DNA from: Carpediemonas membranifera BICM
Lineage: Eukaryota > Protista > Fornicata
Reading direction: 5' to 3'
Assembly (NCBI GenBank): GCA_019828565.1
Contig: JAHDYR010000062.1
Coordinates: forward strand, 545,666-609,665
Length of the DNA: 64,000 nt
Shown here one piece after another: positions 1-10,767 of this stretch (position 1 is the stretch's first letter; every line of letters begins with the position of its first letter). The notes under the pieces are model-generated. The model saw only the letters and a list, made by a program, of their open reading frames with translations. It was not told the origin of the DNA and did no database searches. The translations under genes and the position numbers were made by a program.

Positions 1-1965
1 GAGCGCCTCGTGCACGACATCCACATCAAGCGGACTGAGATCGTCCTCGACAAACTCAAAGCGTACCAGCGCGTCCGGCCCACGACGCCCGGTATCCTCG
101 GCGACGTCGACATCCACCACCTCTCCTTCATCTACGGCCCCAGCGCCCCCGAGCTGATGGAGCTCATCCGGACCCGACCAGACAAGGTCGTGCCCGTGCT
201 CGTCAGCAGACTCGAGGCCAAGCTCGAGGTGATGCGGTCGCAGGTGGACGACCTCATGGGGACGTGGTACAGGAGGGCGGCCATCGCCTGGCCCCGGTCC
301 TGCGATCTCGAGGGCAACAGGTTCAGATACAGGGACCGCCGCACACTCAACGCCCGCACGCTGCTGCTCGACCTCCTGTTCCGCACGGAGCACACCGCGG
401 CGGACTCGGATAAGGAGGTGCGGCACGACTGGCTCGCACAGTCGAACTACGTGACCCACCTCATGTCCGTCCAGGGCAAGGAGCTCGACGAGTGGAGCAC
501 GTTCGACATCTGCACGCACCTAGACGACCTGGCCCCCACGCGGCCCGTGTCCCTGCGGTGGCCCGACCTCTCTGTCGCCTCGACTCTGCGGTCCATGCCT
601 ACGGAGGAGGAGGTCGCCGCCTCGGGATTCACCATCTCCATCGAGGGCGCACGCAAGGTCAGACGCCTCCTGCGGGATGACCTCGGCCAGTTCCTCGGGC
701 TCGACCAGGAGACCGTCTCCTCTGGCCTGGTCGACGGCAACGACGCCCGCACCGCCGCTGCCCCCAAGACCTCCAGGGCCTACCGCGCCCTATTCACAGT
801 TGCCGAGCAGGCCCAGTCGGCCCCCAACTCACCAGAACCTCGGCCCCGAACAAGGGTGAGTGTGGGCCACGAGTCGGAGCCTGACAAGGCGATGGTGGTG
901 ACCAGGTTGACCCGGTCGCAGGCGAAGGGCGACGATGTCGACGTAGCGTTTACTCTCGAGGACGCTGATACGATACTGAAGACGAGACCGCGGCGGGCAC
1001 GACGGACTGCACCGGAGAAGCGGGCCCATCTCGAGGAGGAGGAGTCGCAGGAAGACGAGCGGGAGGAGGAGCCCGAGGCTAAGGCGCACAGTGACGCCGA
1101 GGCACCCACCGCTCACTCTGTAGCCACTACAGAGGCGTTCAACCTCCACGCCGTCGTCAAGGCGCTCCAGGTGAACTCCACGCCCGGCACCCTACCCGCG
1201 CTTGCCCTCAACACCCCTTCCGCGGACGCCGTGCGGGCAGCGGTGCACTGCGTCATCACCACGGCCTCGAGCAATAACAAGGCGCCGTGCCAGTACGTCT
1301 GCGCCGCTGTGGGCAACCGTCTGCTCGCCCCCGATGCCGAGGACGTCACCATGGTGGTCTCTGCCCCGCTGTACGCCATGATCCGCATGGTGTGGGCCCT
1401 GGCGAGTCGGTTCGACCTCGTCGTGGATGCCGCGGCCAGCAACAGTCGCGACAGGTTCAAGGGGCCTAGCGCCTGAGGTCTTCGTCCAGCGTTGCCGCGA
1501 CAGCCTCCCCGTCGACCCCGATCCCGCTGTGCCGGAGGGCGAGGCCGGCATCCGCATGGCCACCCGGGACGACATCATCGCCCACAAGCGCGCCCCCCAG
1601 ACCTTCGTAGAGATCGAGCGCAAGCCTGTGAGCCGCAGCGACATCCTGCAGGAGTGCCAGCGGTCGATCGAGCGGGTCTGCTCGAACCACGTCGAGCAGG
1701 CCGAGTTCGAGACCACGGGCGGGCTGTGTGCGGGCCCCACGCCTATCCCATATGGACAGCACGGCGCCTCATCAGCCACGTCCAGAAGCTCGCCACGAAC
1801 CTCTATGCGTGCCCCTGGTCGCGCTGGCAGCTCGCTCTGTTGGCCGGTGCCGACGAGGGTGACAGCGGTCTACCCTTCCCTTCTCTATCAACGGCGAAGG
1901 ATGACGCGCCCAACTTTGTGGCGATTGAGAAGAAGGCCGGCATGCTTGGGGCCTGGCTGGTTTAA
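1..1965 (+). CDS. SIN3: Sin3-type corepressor (HID and C-terminal domain), 5'-truncated by the window edge, with two compensating frame breaks (~1460 and ~1735)
   Basis: 'IYGPSAPELMELIRTRPDKVVPVLVSRLEAK...W...RSCDLEGNRFRYRDRRTLNARTLL' matches the Sin3 HID pattern (IY..A..II..L...P..AVP.VL.RLK.K..W..SLDHQ...FKQ.D...L). The C-terminal 'EFE...HAYPIWTARRLISHVQKL' matches Sin3-C. Joining needs a +1 shift at AAGGGGCC and a -1 shift at GGGCCCC. Confidence 0.75.
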
Positions 1966-2320
1966 GATAAATGTGATATTGGATGGATAAGGTGATGTTG
2001 CTGGTAACACTTCTGACTTGCGCATTGCAGGGAGCCATAAACGTGCGTCAGCTCCTGGGCTGAAGGCTGGTCGGGTGTCAGAGAGATGATCTCCGCAAAT
2101 GAATCGAAGTTCTCGCTGACGACGGCCTGAGCATGGGCGTACAGGGTCGTCTGGTCGCCCGAAGTGAGGTCGGGTGGGCTGACGCTCATCATGTTGGCGA
2201 TGACATCGAGCTGATTGGTGACCCAGCGGCGATACCCCAGGTCTTCCGGGCGGCGCGGGCGGGGATGACGGGGACCTCGTCGGGCTCGTAGAAGTAGTAC
2301 TCGTTGCTGCCGCGTTCCAT
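1962..2320 (-). CDS. small hypothetical protein with a probable frame break near 2245-2265
   Basis: MERGSNEYYFYEPDEVPVIP... and ...PEDLGYRRWVTNQLDVIANMMSVSPPDL... read as protein in two frames that meet in a C/G-rich run. Confidence 0.3.
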
Positions 2321-2485
2321 GTCGACTCAGTCAGACTCACTGGGTATGAAGTGAGGCAGAGACAGAGATGAACTCACTGAATTCCTGTCGCCGGCACCCG
2401 TCCAGGGCCCCTCTAAACGGAACCCTCCTCACATCGCCATGATGTGATTGGTCGACTTTAACTTATGGTTAATATTTATTTACAC

Positions 2486-3517
2486 TCACATGAACCACTT
2501 TACAACGTGCCAGCGGATGAGCACAAAGCCCGTCCAGCCAAGGACACCGAACCCGACAACATGACCCAGGGTAAAGGACGTCCGCAGAAGCAGCCAGGCC
2601 ATGGGACGAAGCCACTCAACCCAACGAAGTGCAGCCAGACCTACGAGAGCTCCCAATATGACCGCAGGACGGTGAATCATTAGATACGACTTGAGATAAA
2701 CAGTGATAAAGACTACGCGGACGGAAAGGGCGAGAATCTGGAACTCGACGTCGACCACAGAGGTAAGGATGAATCGTGACATGTGGAAAGCCCATGTGAC
2801 AAAGTTGGATGGGATCTGAATCTCCGATTCGGTCGAGTCAGCGGGGTCAGGTAAGTCGGCGGCCTCGGAGTCGGGGGTCTCGGGCTTGGCAGACTTGGAG
2901 GTCTCATCCTGCTGTACTTCTTCTTCTTCTTTGTCGTTGTCGTCGGCGGGGCGGGGGATGTCACCAAAGAGGACGGCGTAGTCCGCGTCAGGTCGGTCGA
3001 AGAGCATGTGGAGGCGCTTGACAGCGGCACCGAACGGGATGTTACCGAGGGGATCAATGCTGGCGACGTTATCGGTCTCTGGCTTCGAGAGTATTCTGCG
3101 GCGCTTCTTGTCGATGAAATACTTGACCCAGCAGACCGCCACGGCCACCAGCACAAGGGTGAAGCCGAGCCAGCCGACCTTGGCAGCTACGCCAAGGAGC
3201 TTGAGTGCCAGACGGAGGGGACCGCGGACAAACCACCATGTGAGCCGGAAGAAGAGGCGGATCTTCTCAAGGACGAACTTCACAATGGTCACAAGCCAGA
3301 AGATCACCACGAATGCAGCTACTTTGTGCTCACCAGCGATCTTGTTCAGGGCGGCGGCGGTGAGGCCCTTGTTCTCGAGGTAGAGACATCCACCACATCC
3401 TCGGCCGAATCTGAATCGATCAATCAAATGGCCCTTTGATTGGAATCGCGGACAAAACACCCGGCATGCAGAATACGTCCGAAAAGCTGTCCGGTTGGAC
3501 TTATTGTCTTCAATCAC
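2486..3517 (-). CDS. hypothetical multi-pass membrane protein
   Basis: 343-aa ORF with several hydrophobic segments and an acidic linker; start uncertain. Confidence 0.5.
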   Translation of the reverse strand: MIEDNKSNRTAFRTYSACRVFCPRFQSKGHLIDRFRFGRGCGGCLYLENKGLTAAALNKIAGEHKVAAFVVIFWLVTIVKFVLEKIRLFFRLTWWFVRGPLRLALKLLGVAAKVGWLGFTLVLVAVAVCWVKYFIDKKRRRILSKPETDNVASIDPLGNIPFGAAVKRLHMLFDRPDADYAVLFGDIPRPADDNDKEEEEVQQDETSKSAKPETPDSEAADLPDPADSTESEIQIPSNFVTWAFHMSRFILTSVVDVEFQILALSVRVVFITVYLKSYLMIHRPAVILGALVGLAALRWVEWLRPMAWLLLRTSFTLGHVVGFGVLGWTGFVLIRWHVVKWFM

Positions 3518-4264
3518 CGAGTAGTATCCGAGTTTATTCCATCTGTCTGTTTCTTTCCTCCCTCTTATGCAGTATCATCGTCCCCTTGTCGACCCAGATG
3601 ATGGCGTTCACCGCCTTCTTTCGCTTACAAGCATCTGCCCGTCATCCCATCAGTCGGCCCCTCACACTCAACTCGCTCGCTGATGAAGTCGACAATCATC
3701 TGCCGACGCCTGCTCGCACATAGCGCACCCTCCTAGTTATCCAATGCAGCTAAGAGCTTTCTCCGCTTGTTCCCCCATTCACTTGCGCCGTCTTTGACTT
3801 GTCCGGGTTGGGTTGATAGTCGCCCGCGTCAGTGTCGGTCGCAGTGGCATCGCTGTCGGAGTATACGAGGATGGTAGTGCCCGACGCAGAGTCCGCATCG
3901 TCGTCAGTCGACCGCTGGCAGAATGACCATGCATTGATCTTGATGCAACGACCCGCACCGTCTCGCCCATGGTCATGGCCACGCCGACAACACATGCCCT
4001 CGCCTGAAATCCGTTGCTTATTGCCGTCCCACACACCGGGCAGAGTCGGGGCCGTGCGAATGCCCACGGCCATCACCGGTCCAGACAGGATGAATGAGGC
4101 CCCCCAGCAGGAGAGACTGGCCCCTGTTAGCCGTGTGTAGCTGAACTCCAGCATGTGTCACGTGATGGTGTTGAGTAGCATCTGCGAGGTAAGGCCAGGC
4201 CAGATCTGGTGCCGAAAAACGGATTTGTTTCCAGCCAAGAAAATCGAAGGCTAAAGCCGGCCTA

Positions 4265-7009
4265 ATGCAAGCTGTTATTCTCGCTGCACTTCTCATTGCA
4301 GTTGTATGCCATCTATTTGACCAAAGATCGATCACAGTGACCTTTTCGGAGCTCCACACCCACTATACGGAGCAGGTCATCCAATCGGGCTGTAGCCTCG
4401 TCGGAATAACGCCCCCCTCGGGATGCACATTCATCTGCGAGACATTCAACGAGACTATTTCCGCCCTTCCCTTTGTTGCTGCCGTAGAACCACCCGCACC
4501 TGTCATATACGCCGATCCCGTTATCACTGATGCCTCGGGTATACGGCCAATCGGCAGCCTTGGCATCCACCGCGATGTTGTAGGCCAGTACGCCCACCTT
4601 GATACCGTCGATCACATCGTGCTTTCATTCCACCGCAGCCTGACGGACGAAGAGGTCGCGTCGTTCAACACAACACTCACAGCCGCCCTTGTCGCCGCAG
4701 ACATGCCCCCTGCCCTCGTCGAGCGCCACTTCTCCTCAGGCATCGTGCTCGGCTTCACTGACACCCCCGCCGTCGCCGCGATCCCCACGATCACCGCCCT
4801 GGACCTCCCCCTCCTCGCAGCAATCGCCCAGTCGACCCTGGCCGAGTCAGACAACGCATACGCCTCTGCCTCTATCCAGGGCATGGCCTCCAGCACCCAG
4901 GCAACAGTCAACATGCACAACCCCCACCCCCTGTGGGACCTCGGGGTCGACGGCACGGGCATCGTCGTCGGCGTGGGAGACACGGGCATGGCTCACGACC
5001 ACTGCATGTTCTACGACGACGCTGTGCCGTTCCAGAATGACACGTACCAGCCGAACCACCGCAAGATCGTGTACTACGACACCAGCGTGACCGGTGACAA
5101 TGTCGACGGCAACGGTCACGGTTCACACGTGGTCGGATCGATTCTCGGCAGCCCCAGCGACAGCACCGACCCCGGCGTCATCTACCAGGGCATGGCACCA
5201 GGCGCCAAGGCGTACTTCATCGACCTCGGGGCGGGCTCGGGCTCGGGCCTGACCCTCCCGTCGAACCTGTTCCTGGATTACTTCGACCCTGCATACAGCA
5301 AAGGCGCCACGGTTATGTCGTCGTCGTGGTCGTCCTCGCTCAGTGTCCCAGGCCCGATTTACTATTTACATTCATATAACATTGACCTGGCCGCTTATGT
5401 ATACCGTAACCTGACCATCCTCACGTCTGCAGGGAACAATGCCATGAGGTACGGCCCCTGGTCGATCGCCCAGGAGGGACTGAGTAAGAACGCCATCACA
5501 GTGGGAGCATCGACATCAGGCTACGACGCCATGATCGACTTGTATTGCCACAACACGACAAGTGTGATGGCCGCGTGCCGGGACGAGGTCAACTGGAACT
5601 GCACAGCAAAGTGTGGCTCCCTCAGTGTTGTCCCGCCAGTATTCCCAATGATTGGATCAAATTCTGTTGCAGATTTCTCAGCAATTGGAGGGTCGATCGA
5701 TAAGAGAATTAAGCCAGACATCGTGGCGCCTGGGTACTACATCATATCAGCAAACTCGTCCGGATCTACCGGCCTCACTTGTGACATGGACAATGATTTC
5801 AGGGCGGACGCAGGCACATCGATGGCGACCCCTGTGGCAGCTGGCGGCGTGGCGCTCCTTCAGGACTTCATCAGCCGGGGCATGCACTACGACGGCCGCA
5901 CCCCCAACAACACGGCCGCCTTCTTCCCCTCCAGCGCACTGGTCAGGGCGACCCTGATCGCGAGTGCCCAGAGCATGGATGGGAAGTTCTATATGATTGG
6001 ATCGCCCGAATATATGGATCTATCCAATCTTTCTGGGTGGGAGCCCAACAATTTCCGCGGCTGGGGCCGGATGGGTCTTTATAACTTGATCAAGAGCCGC
6101 CTCATCCTCAAGGACGAGGAGGATCTCCCAAGTTTCACCACAGACCGCACCGAGCAGCACTTCACGTTCGACGTCACAGCTCCCGGCCACACCCTGGACA
6201 TCGCTATGAGCTGGATCGACCCGCCCGCGGCCACGCCTACAGTGTCTGCTTCCACGTTCTACTCGACCAGCACCTCATTCCCAACGGCACACACGCTCGT
6301 GCTGTGGGTCAAGTCGCCTTCAGGCAAGTTCTTTACCGGTAATGTTCCTGGTGAGGCAACCTACTTCGACGAAGACGTCATCAACCTCAACCACCGCGTC
6401 CATATAGACGAGGCTGAGTCAGGCGCTTATTCCATCTGGGTCACCCTAAGAAGCAGTTTGTTCGTCGCCCAGCCCGTTGCCCTCGCTGTCATGGGCCAGG
6501 TCGACCCAGACTCATGGTCCGCCGGCGATGAGACCCTGCCCGCCTGTGTAGGTGGCTGTGGCGTTGGGTCGTGTGTGAACGACGCATGCGTGTGTCCTGG
6601 CGACTTCTTCGGGCCTGGGTGCGCGTCGAAGGCGCCCGTGTTTTCGGCTGATGCTTCCTCATTTACCATACCGGCTGGTGGTATCACAATCGCGAAGATT
6701 TATGAGGATACGGTGAAATCTCTCGATTCGTATCTTCTCAATATCGAGAGCAGCCTTTCTTCGACCGTTTGCACCCAATGTGAGACAGGAATGTACGTTA
6801 ATCAGCATTACATAGCCTTCATGTACGACGCTGCCATGGCAGAGCTTGGCGTTGACGTCGTCCTCCCGAATGCCTATGACCTGAACGAGAATAGGCATGC
6901 TTTTGACCTGACAGCGTTGGTTGAAGCCAGTCCAGAATATCCTCTGAATATCAAGATATACAATCTAGATCCATTTAATAATCTAACGCTATCCCACCCG
7001 GGATTGTGA
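4265..7009 (+). CDS. secreted subtilisin-like S8 serine protease (KP-43/TagC-like) with an EGF-like domain
   Basis: Signal peptide; catalytic motifs VGDTG (Asp), GHGSHVVGSI (His), SAGN (oxyanion Asn), GTSMATP (Ser); KPDIVAPG; GWGR; Cys-rich CVGGCGVGSCVNDACVCPGDFFGPGC. Confidence 0.9.
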   Translation: MQAVILAALLIAVVCHLFDQRSITVTFSELHTHYTEQVIQSGCSLVGITPPSGCTFICETFNETISALPFVAAVEPPAPVIYADPVITDASGIRPIGSLGIHRDVVGQYAHLDTVDHIVLSFHRSLTDEEVASFNTTLTAALVAADMPPALVERHFSSGIVLGFTDTPAVAAIPTITALDLPLLAAIAQSTLAESDNAYASASIQGMASSTQATVNMHNPHPLWDLGVDGTGIVVGVGDTGMAHDHCMFYDDAVPFQNDTYQPNHRKIVYYDTSVTGDNVDGNGHGSHVVGSILGSPSDSTDPGVIYQGMAPGAKAYFIDLGAGSGSGLTLPSNLFLDYFDPAYSKGATVMSSSWSSSLSVPGPIYYLHSYNIDLAAYVYRNLTILTSAGNNAMRYGPWSIAQEGLSKNAITVGASTSGYDAMIDLYCHNTTSVMAACRDEVNWNCTAKCGSLSVVPPVFPMIGSNSVADFSAIGGSIDKRIKPDIVAPGYYIISANSSGSTGLTCDMDNDFRADAGTSMATPVAAGGVALLQDFISRGMHYDGRTPNNTAAFFPSSALVRATLIASAQSMDGKFYMIGSPEYMDLSNLSGWEPNNFRGWGRMGLYNLIKSRLILKDEEDLPSFTTDRTEQHFTFDVTAPGHTLDIAMSWIDPPAATPTVSASTFYSTSTSFPTAHTLVLWVKSPSGKFFTGNVPGEATYFDEDVINLNHRVHIDEAESGAYSIWVTLRSSLFVAQPVALAVMGQVDPDSWSAGDETLPACVGGCGVGSCVNDACVCPGDFFGPGCASKAPVFSADASSFTIPAGGITIAKIYEDTVKSLDSYLLNIESSLSSTVCTQCETGMYVNQHYIAFMYDAAMAELGVDVVLPNAYDLNENRHAFDLTALVEASPEYPLNIKIYNLDPFNNLTLSHPGL

Positions 7010-7106
7010 GTCACTCAAAGCTTGTAAACTAGTTCTACACCCAAAAGTGTCACCTTATAAAACTCTCGCACACGGGTCTGCTCTCCCACTGCTTTCAGCG
7101 TCATCT

Positions 7107-8465
7107 TCACAGCTTCTTTGCCCTAGCAACAATGAATAGTACAACCATGCCCACTATGGCGAGCACTACAACGTCACCGGCAGCAACAGTGATGGGAATA
7201 ACCCAGCAGTAGCCGCCGAGAGCCACACAGATGCCCGCAGTGGTCGCGCCAATGGTGCATGAGGTAATAAATAGAACCAGCATGACCACCATAGAAGCCT
7301 TGACGAGGGCCATCACGGTTTTGGCAGACTGTTGGATGCGGGTTGCAAGCTCGTAATTGCCTTTCATCTGAACATACGTGAGGAACATATAATATGCGGC
7401 AGAAACAGTAAGTACTGGAGCTGTGAGGACGAAAAGGACGATTGGCGGCACTACCACAAGAATGGTGCCGTCCCAATGAGAGAAGGCGAGGCCCCCCAGC
7501 AGGAACAGAAGCACTCCTGCCGTGATGCTCAGACCAGCAGTGACGGAAAGACTCACCGCAGCAGCAGCGTAGGCCTTGGGCAGACCGTAGGTGGACGCAC
7601 TGATTACAAAGAATCCGAGGAGCAGGCCAAGGGTGAGTGAGATAATCAAGTCGGCCACGGCTGCCACGGGGATGAGCAGGGGCAGTGGGATGTGGTAGTT
7701 GAGGTAGTAAGAGACCACTAGCAGTACCACGGCGACTGTGGTAGGCACTGCTGCGAACAGCACGTACAGGATGAAGAATATCACTGTGGCCAAGGGGGAG
7801 GCGGGTGTGCCCCTCGCCAGCATCACCCGGCGACGGGCTGTATGGGTCAGTATAGCGTAGAGGAGGCCTGATGCGTCTGCGTTCGAGCTCAGTCTTGCCT
7901 GTGGCGTGGCTGTGTAGGGTAATGGCGATGATATCTCGGGGGGTGACGCAGACTGTGCCTTCTTGGCTCGTCTCGCGGCCTTCCTAGCTTTCCTGCTGTT
8001 CTTCTTCGTCTTACCGCTCTCCTTCTCCCCATACACCTTCTCGTCTCTGTTGTAGCGCCACATGTATGTCGCTGTCGAATCGGACAGGGATTCTTCTCTT
8101 CTAATGTCGTCATCCGATGATTCCAGCGTTGAGTTGAAGGCAAAGGGCTTGACGGCGCTCGATTGGCCCGGATCGGTGGCGTAGTAGGCCGCTTCGGCCG
8201 ATTCGTCAGCTGGCGAAGAGTGGTCGGATGCTGGTGGGGCAGCAGAAGACCCAGTGGGCAATGTGTACACGCTAGTATGACTATCTTCATATACTCCATA
8301 AGTATCATATGCAGAAGTGCCAGCTGAGGCTGAATAACCCGTCGTCAGCATGGCGTTGCCGTAAGCATTGGTCTGTTGCGATGAAACAGAACCAAAAGCA
8401 TTTCCATATGGATTATTATCGGAGTATGGGTTATAATACCCCGAGAAACCCGGGTTCTCCGTCAT
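7107..8465 (-). CDS. hypothetical membrane protein (Ser/Tyr-rich N-terminus, ~6 TM helices)
   Basis: Long ORF; likely ATG at 8465 (MTENPGF); multiple long hydrophobic segments in the C-terminal half. Confidence 0.6.
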   Translation of the reverse strand: MTENPGFSGYYNPYSDNNPYGNAFGSVSSQQTNAYGNAMLTTGYSASAGTSAYDTYGVYEDSHTSVYTLPTGSSAAPPASDHSSPADESAEAAYYATDPGQSSAVKPFAFNSTLESSDDDIRREESLSDSTATYMWRYNRDEKVYGEKESGKTKKNSRKARKAARRAKKAQSASPPEISSPLPYTATPQARLSSNADASGLLYAILTHTARRRVMLARGTPASPLATVIFFILYVLFAAVPTTVAVVLLVVSYYLNYHIPLPLLIPVAAVADLIISLTLGLLLGFFVISASTYGLPKAYAAAAVSLSVTAGLSITAGVLLFLLGGLAFSHWDGTILVVVPPIVLFVLTAPVLTVSAAYYMFLTYVQMKGNYELATRIQQSAKTVMALVKASMVVMLVLFITSCTIGATTAGICVALGGYCWVIPITVAAGDVVVLAIVGMVVLFIVARAKKL

Positions 8466-8691
8466 TTGAAGCGTTGGTTTTAATGGCATATATCCCGAGA
8501 TTTTGTTGCGGATTCGGTGGTATCGCCACCCCTCTCTCGATACCATTAGCTGTGCGGCGATGTAGTTTGACTTCTCAGACCCGCGACATCCAGTCAATTC
8601 CACCCTTCATCGCCATAGACTAGGTTCAAACAAGATAGACGCAGCTTTACCGTGATCATCATTCTGATCATAAATAACACCAGAGCGACAT

Positions 8692-10692
8692 TCACCCCCT
8701 ACCAATCCAAGCAGCGTCCCACAGCCCTTGCCCCAGTGCCGTCCGGGCGTTGGTGTACACCTTCGAGGCCATTCCAGCGCTGGGGGCGAGTGAAAAGAGG
8801 GGAGAAATCGTTGAAAGACGGGTCTCCTGACGTTGCCGGAGAACTTCCTTGAGGAACGGGGCAACATTCATGTCTGGTGTCGCGTGTGTTTTCCGGGACA
8901 GGGGCCGCATAGATCTGGGCGGTAGCGCTGGACTCTGGGCCTCGGACTGGGCTGAATCTTGGACCGCTGTTGGCTCGCTGGGCGGGGAACCACCGCGAGA
9001 CACCATAGCCGACTTAGATCCCTCAACACCGGCCGACTTGGCCTCTTGCGGCCGAGAGCGGGGCTTAAGCTGCGAAATGGACGCAGATAACGCGTTCCGG
9101 TACTGCTTCTGGGTTTTTGTCAGTTTCTGCCGGAGTGTCGCGGATGTCTCTTCCTCTGCTCTAAGAAGGTCGGTGAGGCCAGAGACGGTCTTGTTGTGCA
9201 TGTCCGATGCTGCTTTCGTGTTGGATTCCATGGTCCCAAGCTCACGGCGGAGATCTGCGTTTTGTATCTCGAGATCGGTGATTGTGGCGCGGATCTTGGA
9301 ATTTTCGGATGAGGCGCTGTCGAGTCTTGACCGCAAGGACCCGCACTCATCTCTCAGGCGCTCTAACTCGATACTCACACGGGTCTTGGCCTCTAACACA
9401 GTGCAGATAGCACCAATCTCAGTCGTATCGTCAGATTCAGTCAGATTCGACAAAACAGATTCGATACGAATCTCAGCGCCCTCCGAACCCGCCTTGACCG
9501 CCTTGAGCGCCTCCCACAGCTTCTCCAGCTCCTCACTAGACACCTGTGCCAAGTTAGTATTCGGGATGCTCACGTGTTGGGGCAGCACAATCTTCAGTAA
9601 TGTTGCTGGGATATCAGCGAACGGCACCCTGGTCAGTGGGGCCCTGGGGAGCTTCTGTGTGGCCTTCATGAGGCGTTCAACGAGCCCATCCATTGCTGCC
9701 ACCGTCTGCGGCCTGTCGGCGATGAGGCCGACGATGTCAGAGCGGATCGACGCGGGGAACGCTGCCTCGGCCGCCCTGCCTGTTCTAGCCCATAGCGCGG
9801 CTGCTGTGGCGGCCCCTACAGCGCCGAGTAGTGCCACTAGAGCCCATGCGATGTCGCTATCAACGGGGCAGAGGTCCGTGCATGATGCGAGGGCTGCCAC
9901 AAGCCCTACAGCGCGGACAGCCTCGCCGCACCTTAGGGGGGTGTCTGAGTCGACAGCAGCGGTGCAGACGGCTGCCGTGGCTTCGTGTGCGTTGGCAAGG
10001 GCATGCTGGAGGAGGGCATCGAACCGAAGCGCATCCATGGCCTCCAAACGGTGTTCCAGCGCCGTGATCTGGTCTTTCAGCACCAGGATGGTCTGCTCAG
10101 TGTCATCAGCGGTCAGATCAGCGATGGTGCCTTCGAGGTCAAGAATCTTCTCCTGCGCACCCTCCAGCTCGACGTCCATGGCATCAATCTGCTCCACAGC
10201 TGTGTCCCGCTCCTCCTCGGCCTCTACGAGGGCGTGCTGCAGTCCATCCCTCTCTGCGGCGAGTGCTGCGAGCTGTTTCCTCAGCGCCGACTCCGTCCGG
10301 ACGGTCTCTTCGTCAAGCTCGGCGTTCAGCGCGTTCAACTCTTCAAGCTCATCCAGCTGTGCCTTAAGGGTCTCGTTCTCTGCCCTAAGGTCCTCATTGG
10401 CCTGTGTGAGGGAGGCAATGATGTCGCCATGCTCCTCTAGGGACTCAAGCTGGGCCTGGAGAAGGCTGATCGATTCGTCACGCTCGAGTAGTTTTTCTTT
10501 GGCATTTTCGAGTTGGGAGAGGTATTCATTCTTCTCCTGCTCCATTTGTCCAATCGTCAGACGCAGCTCGTCGATCACGAGCTCGGTTTCTTCTTTCTCG
10601 AGCTGTGCGTCCTCTCGATCGAGAATAAGAGTCTCTATTGTTTCCTTAAGAACAACAGGATCGTCTGGAAGCTGGTCTACGTCGATATCCAT
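8692..10692 (-). CDS. dynactin p150Glued-like coiled-coil protein lacking the CAP-Gly domain
   Basis: Coiled coil; 'LEELNALNAELDEETVRTESALRKQL' resembles the conserved DCTN1 CC1 segment (LE.M.EMN.EL.E...E.E..LRE.L); helical middle domain and a second coiled coil. Confidence 0.55.
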   Translation of the reverse strand: MDIDVDQLPDDPVVLKETIETLILDREDAQLEKEETELVIDELRLTIGQMEQEKNEYLSQLENAKEKLLERDESISLLQAQLESLEEHGDIIASLTQANEDLRAENETLKAQLDELEELNALNAELDEETVRTESALRKQLAALAAERDGLQHALVEAEEERDTAVEQIDAMDVELEGAQEKILDLEGTIADLTADDTEQTILVLKDQITALEHRLEAMDALRFDALLQHALANAHEATAAVCTAAVDSDTPLRCGEAVRAVGLVAALASCTDLCPVDSDIAWALVALLGAVGAATAAALWARTGRAAEAAFPASIRSDIVGLIADRPQTVAAMDGLVERLMKATQKLPRAPLTRVPFADIPATLLKIVLPQHVSIPNTNLAQVSSEELEKLWEALKAVKAGSEGAEIRIESVLSNLTESDDTTEIGAICTVLEAKTRVSIELERLRDECGSLRSRLDSASSENSKIRATITDLEIQNADLRRELGTMESNTKAASDMHNKTVSGLTDLLRAEEETSATLRQKLTKTQKQYRNALSASISQLKPRSRPQEAKSAGVEGSKSAMVSRGGSPPSEPTAVQDSAQSEAQSPALPPRSMRPLSRKTHATPDMNVAPFLKEVLRQRQETRLSTISPLFSLAPSAGMASKVYTNARTALGQGLWDAAWIGRG

Positions 10693-10767
10693 CGCCTGGT
10701 GTCAAAGCGAGCATTTTATGGCATACGTCGTTGTGACGGCGTCTAGTCGTGGTTTGAGCCTATACAT

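Noticed and set aside
1474-1476. TGA as selenocysteine/readthrough or an alternative genetic code
   Set aside because: Homology continues in a different frame; TAA, TAG and TGA all end conserved genes in this window.
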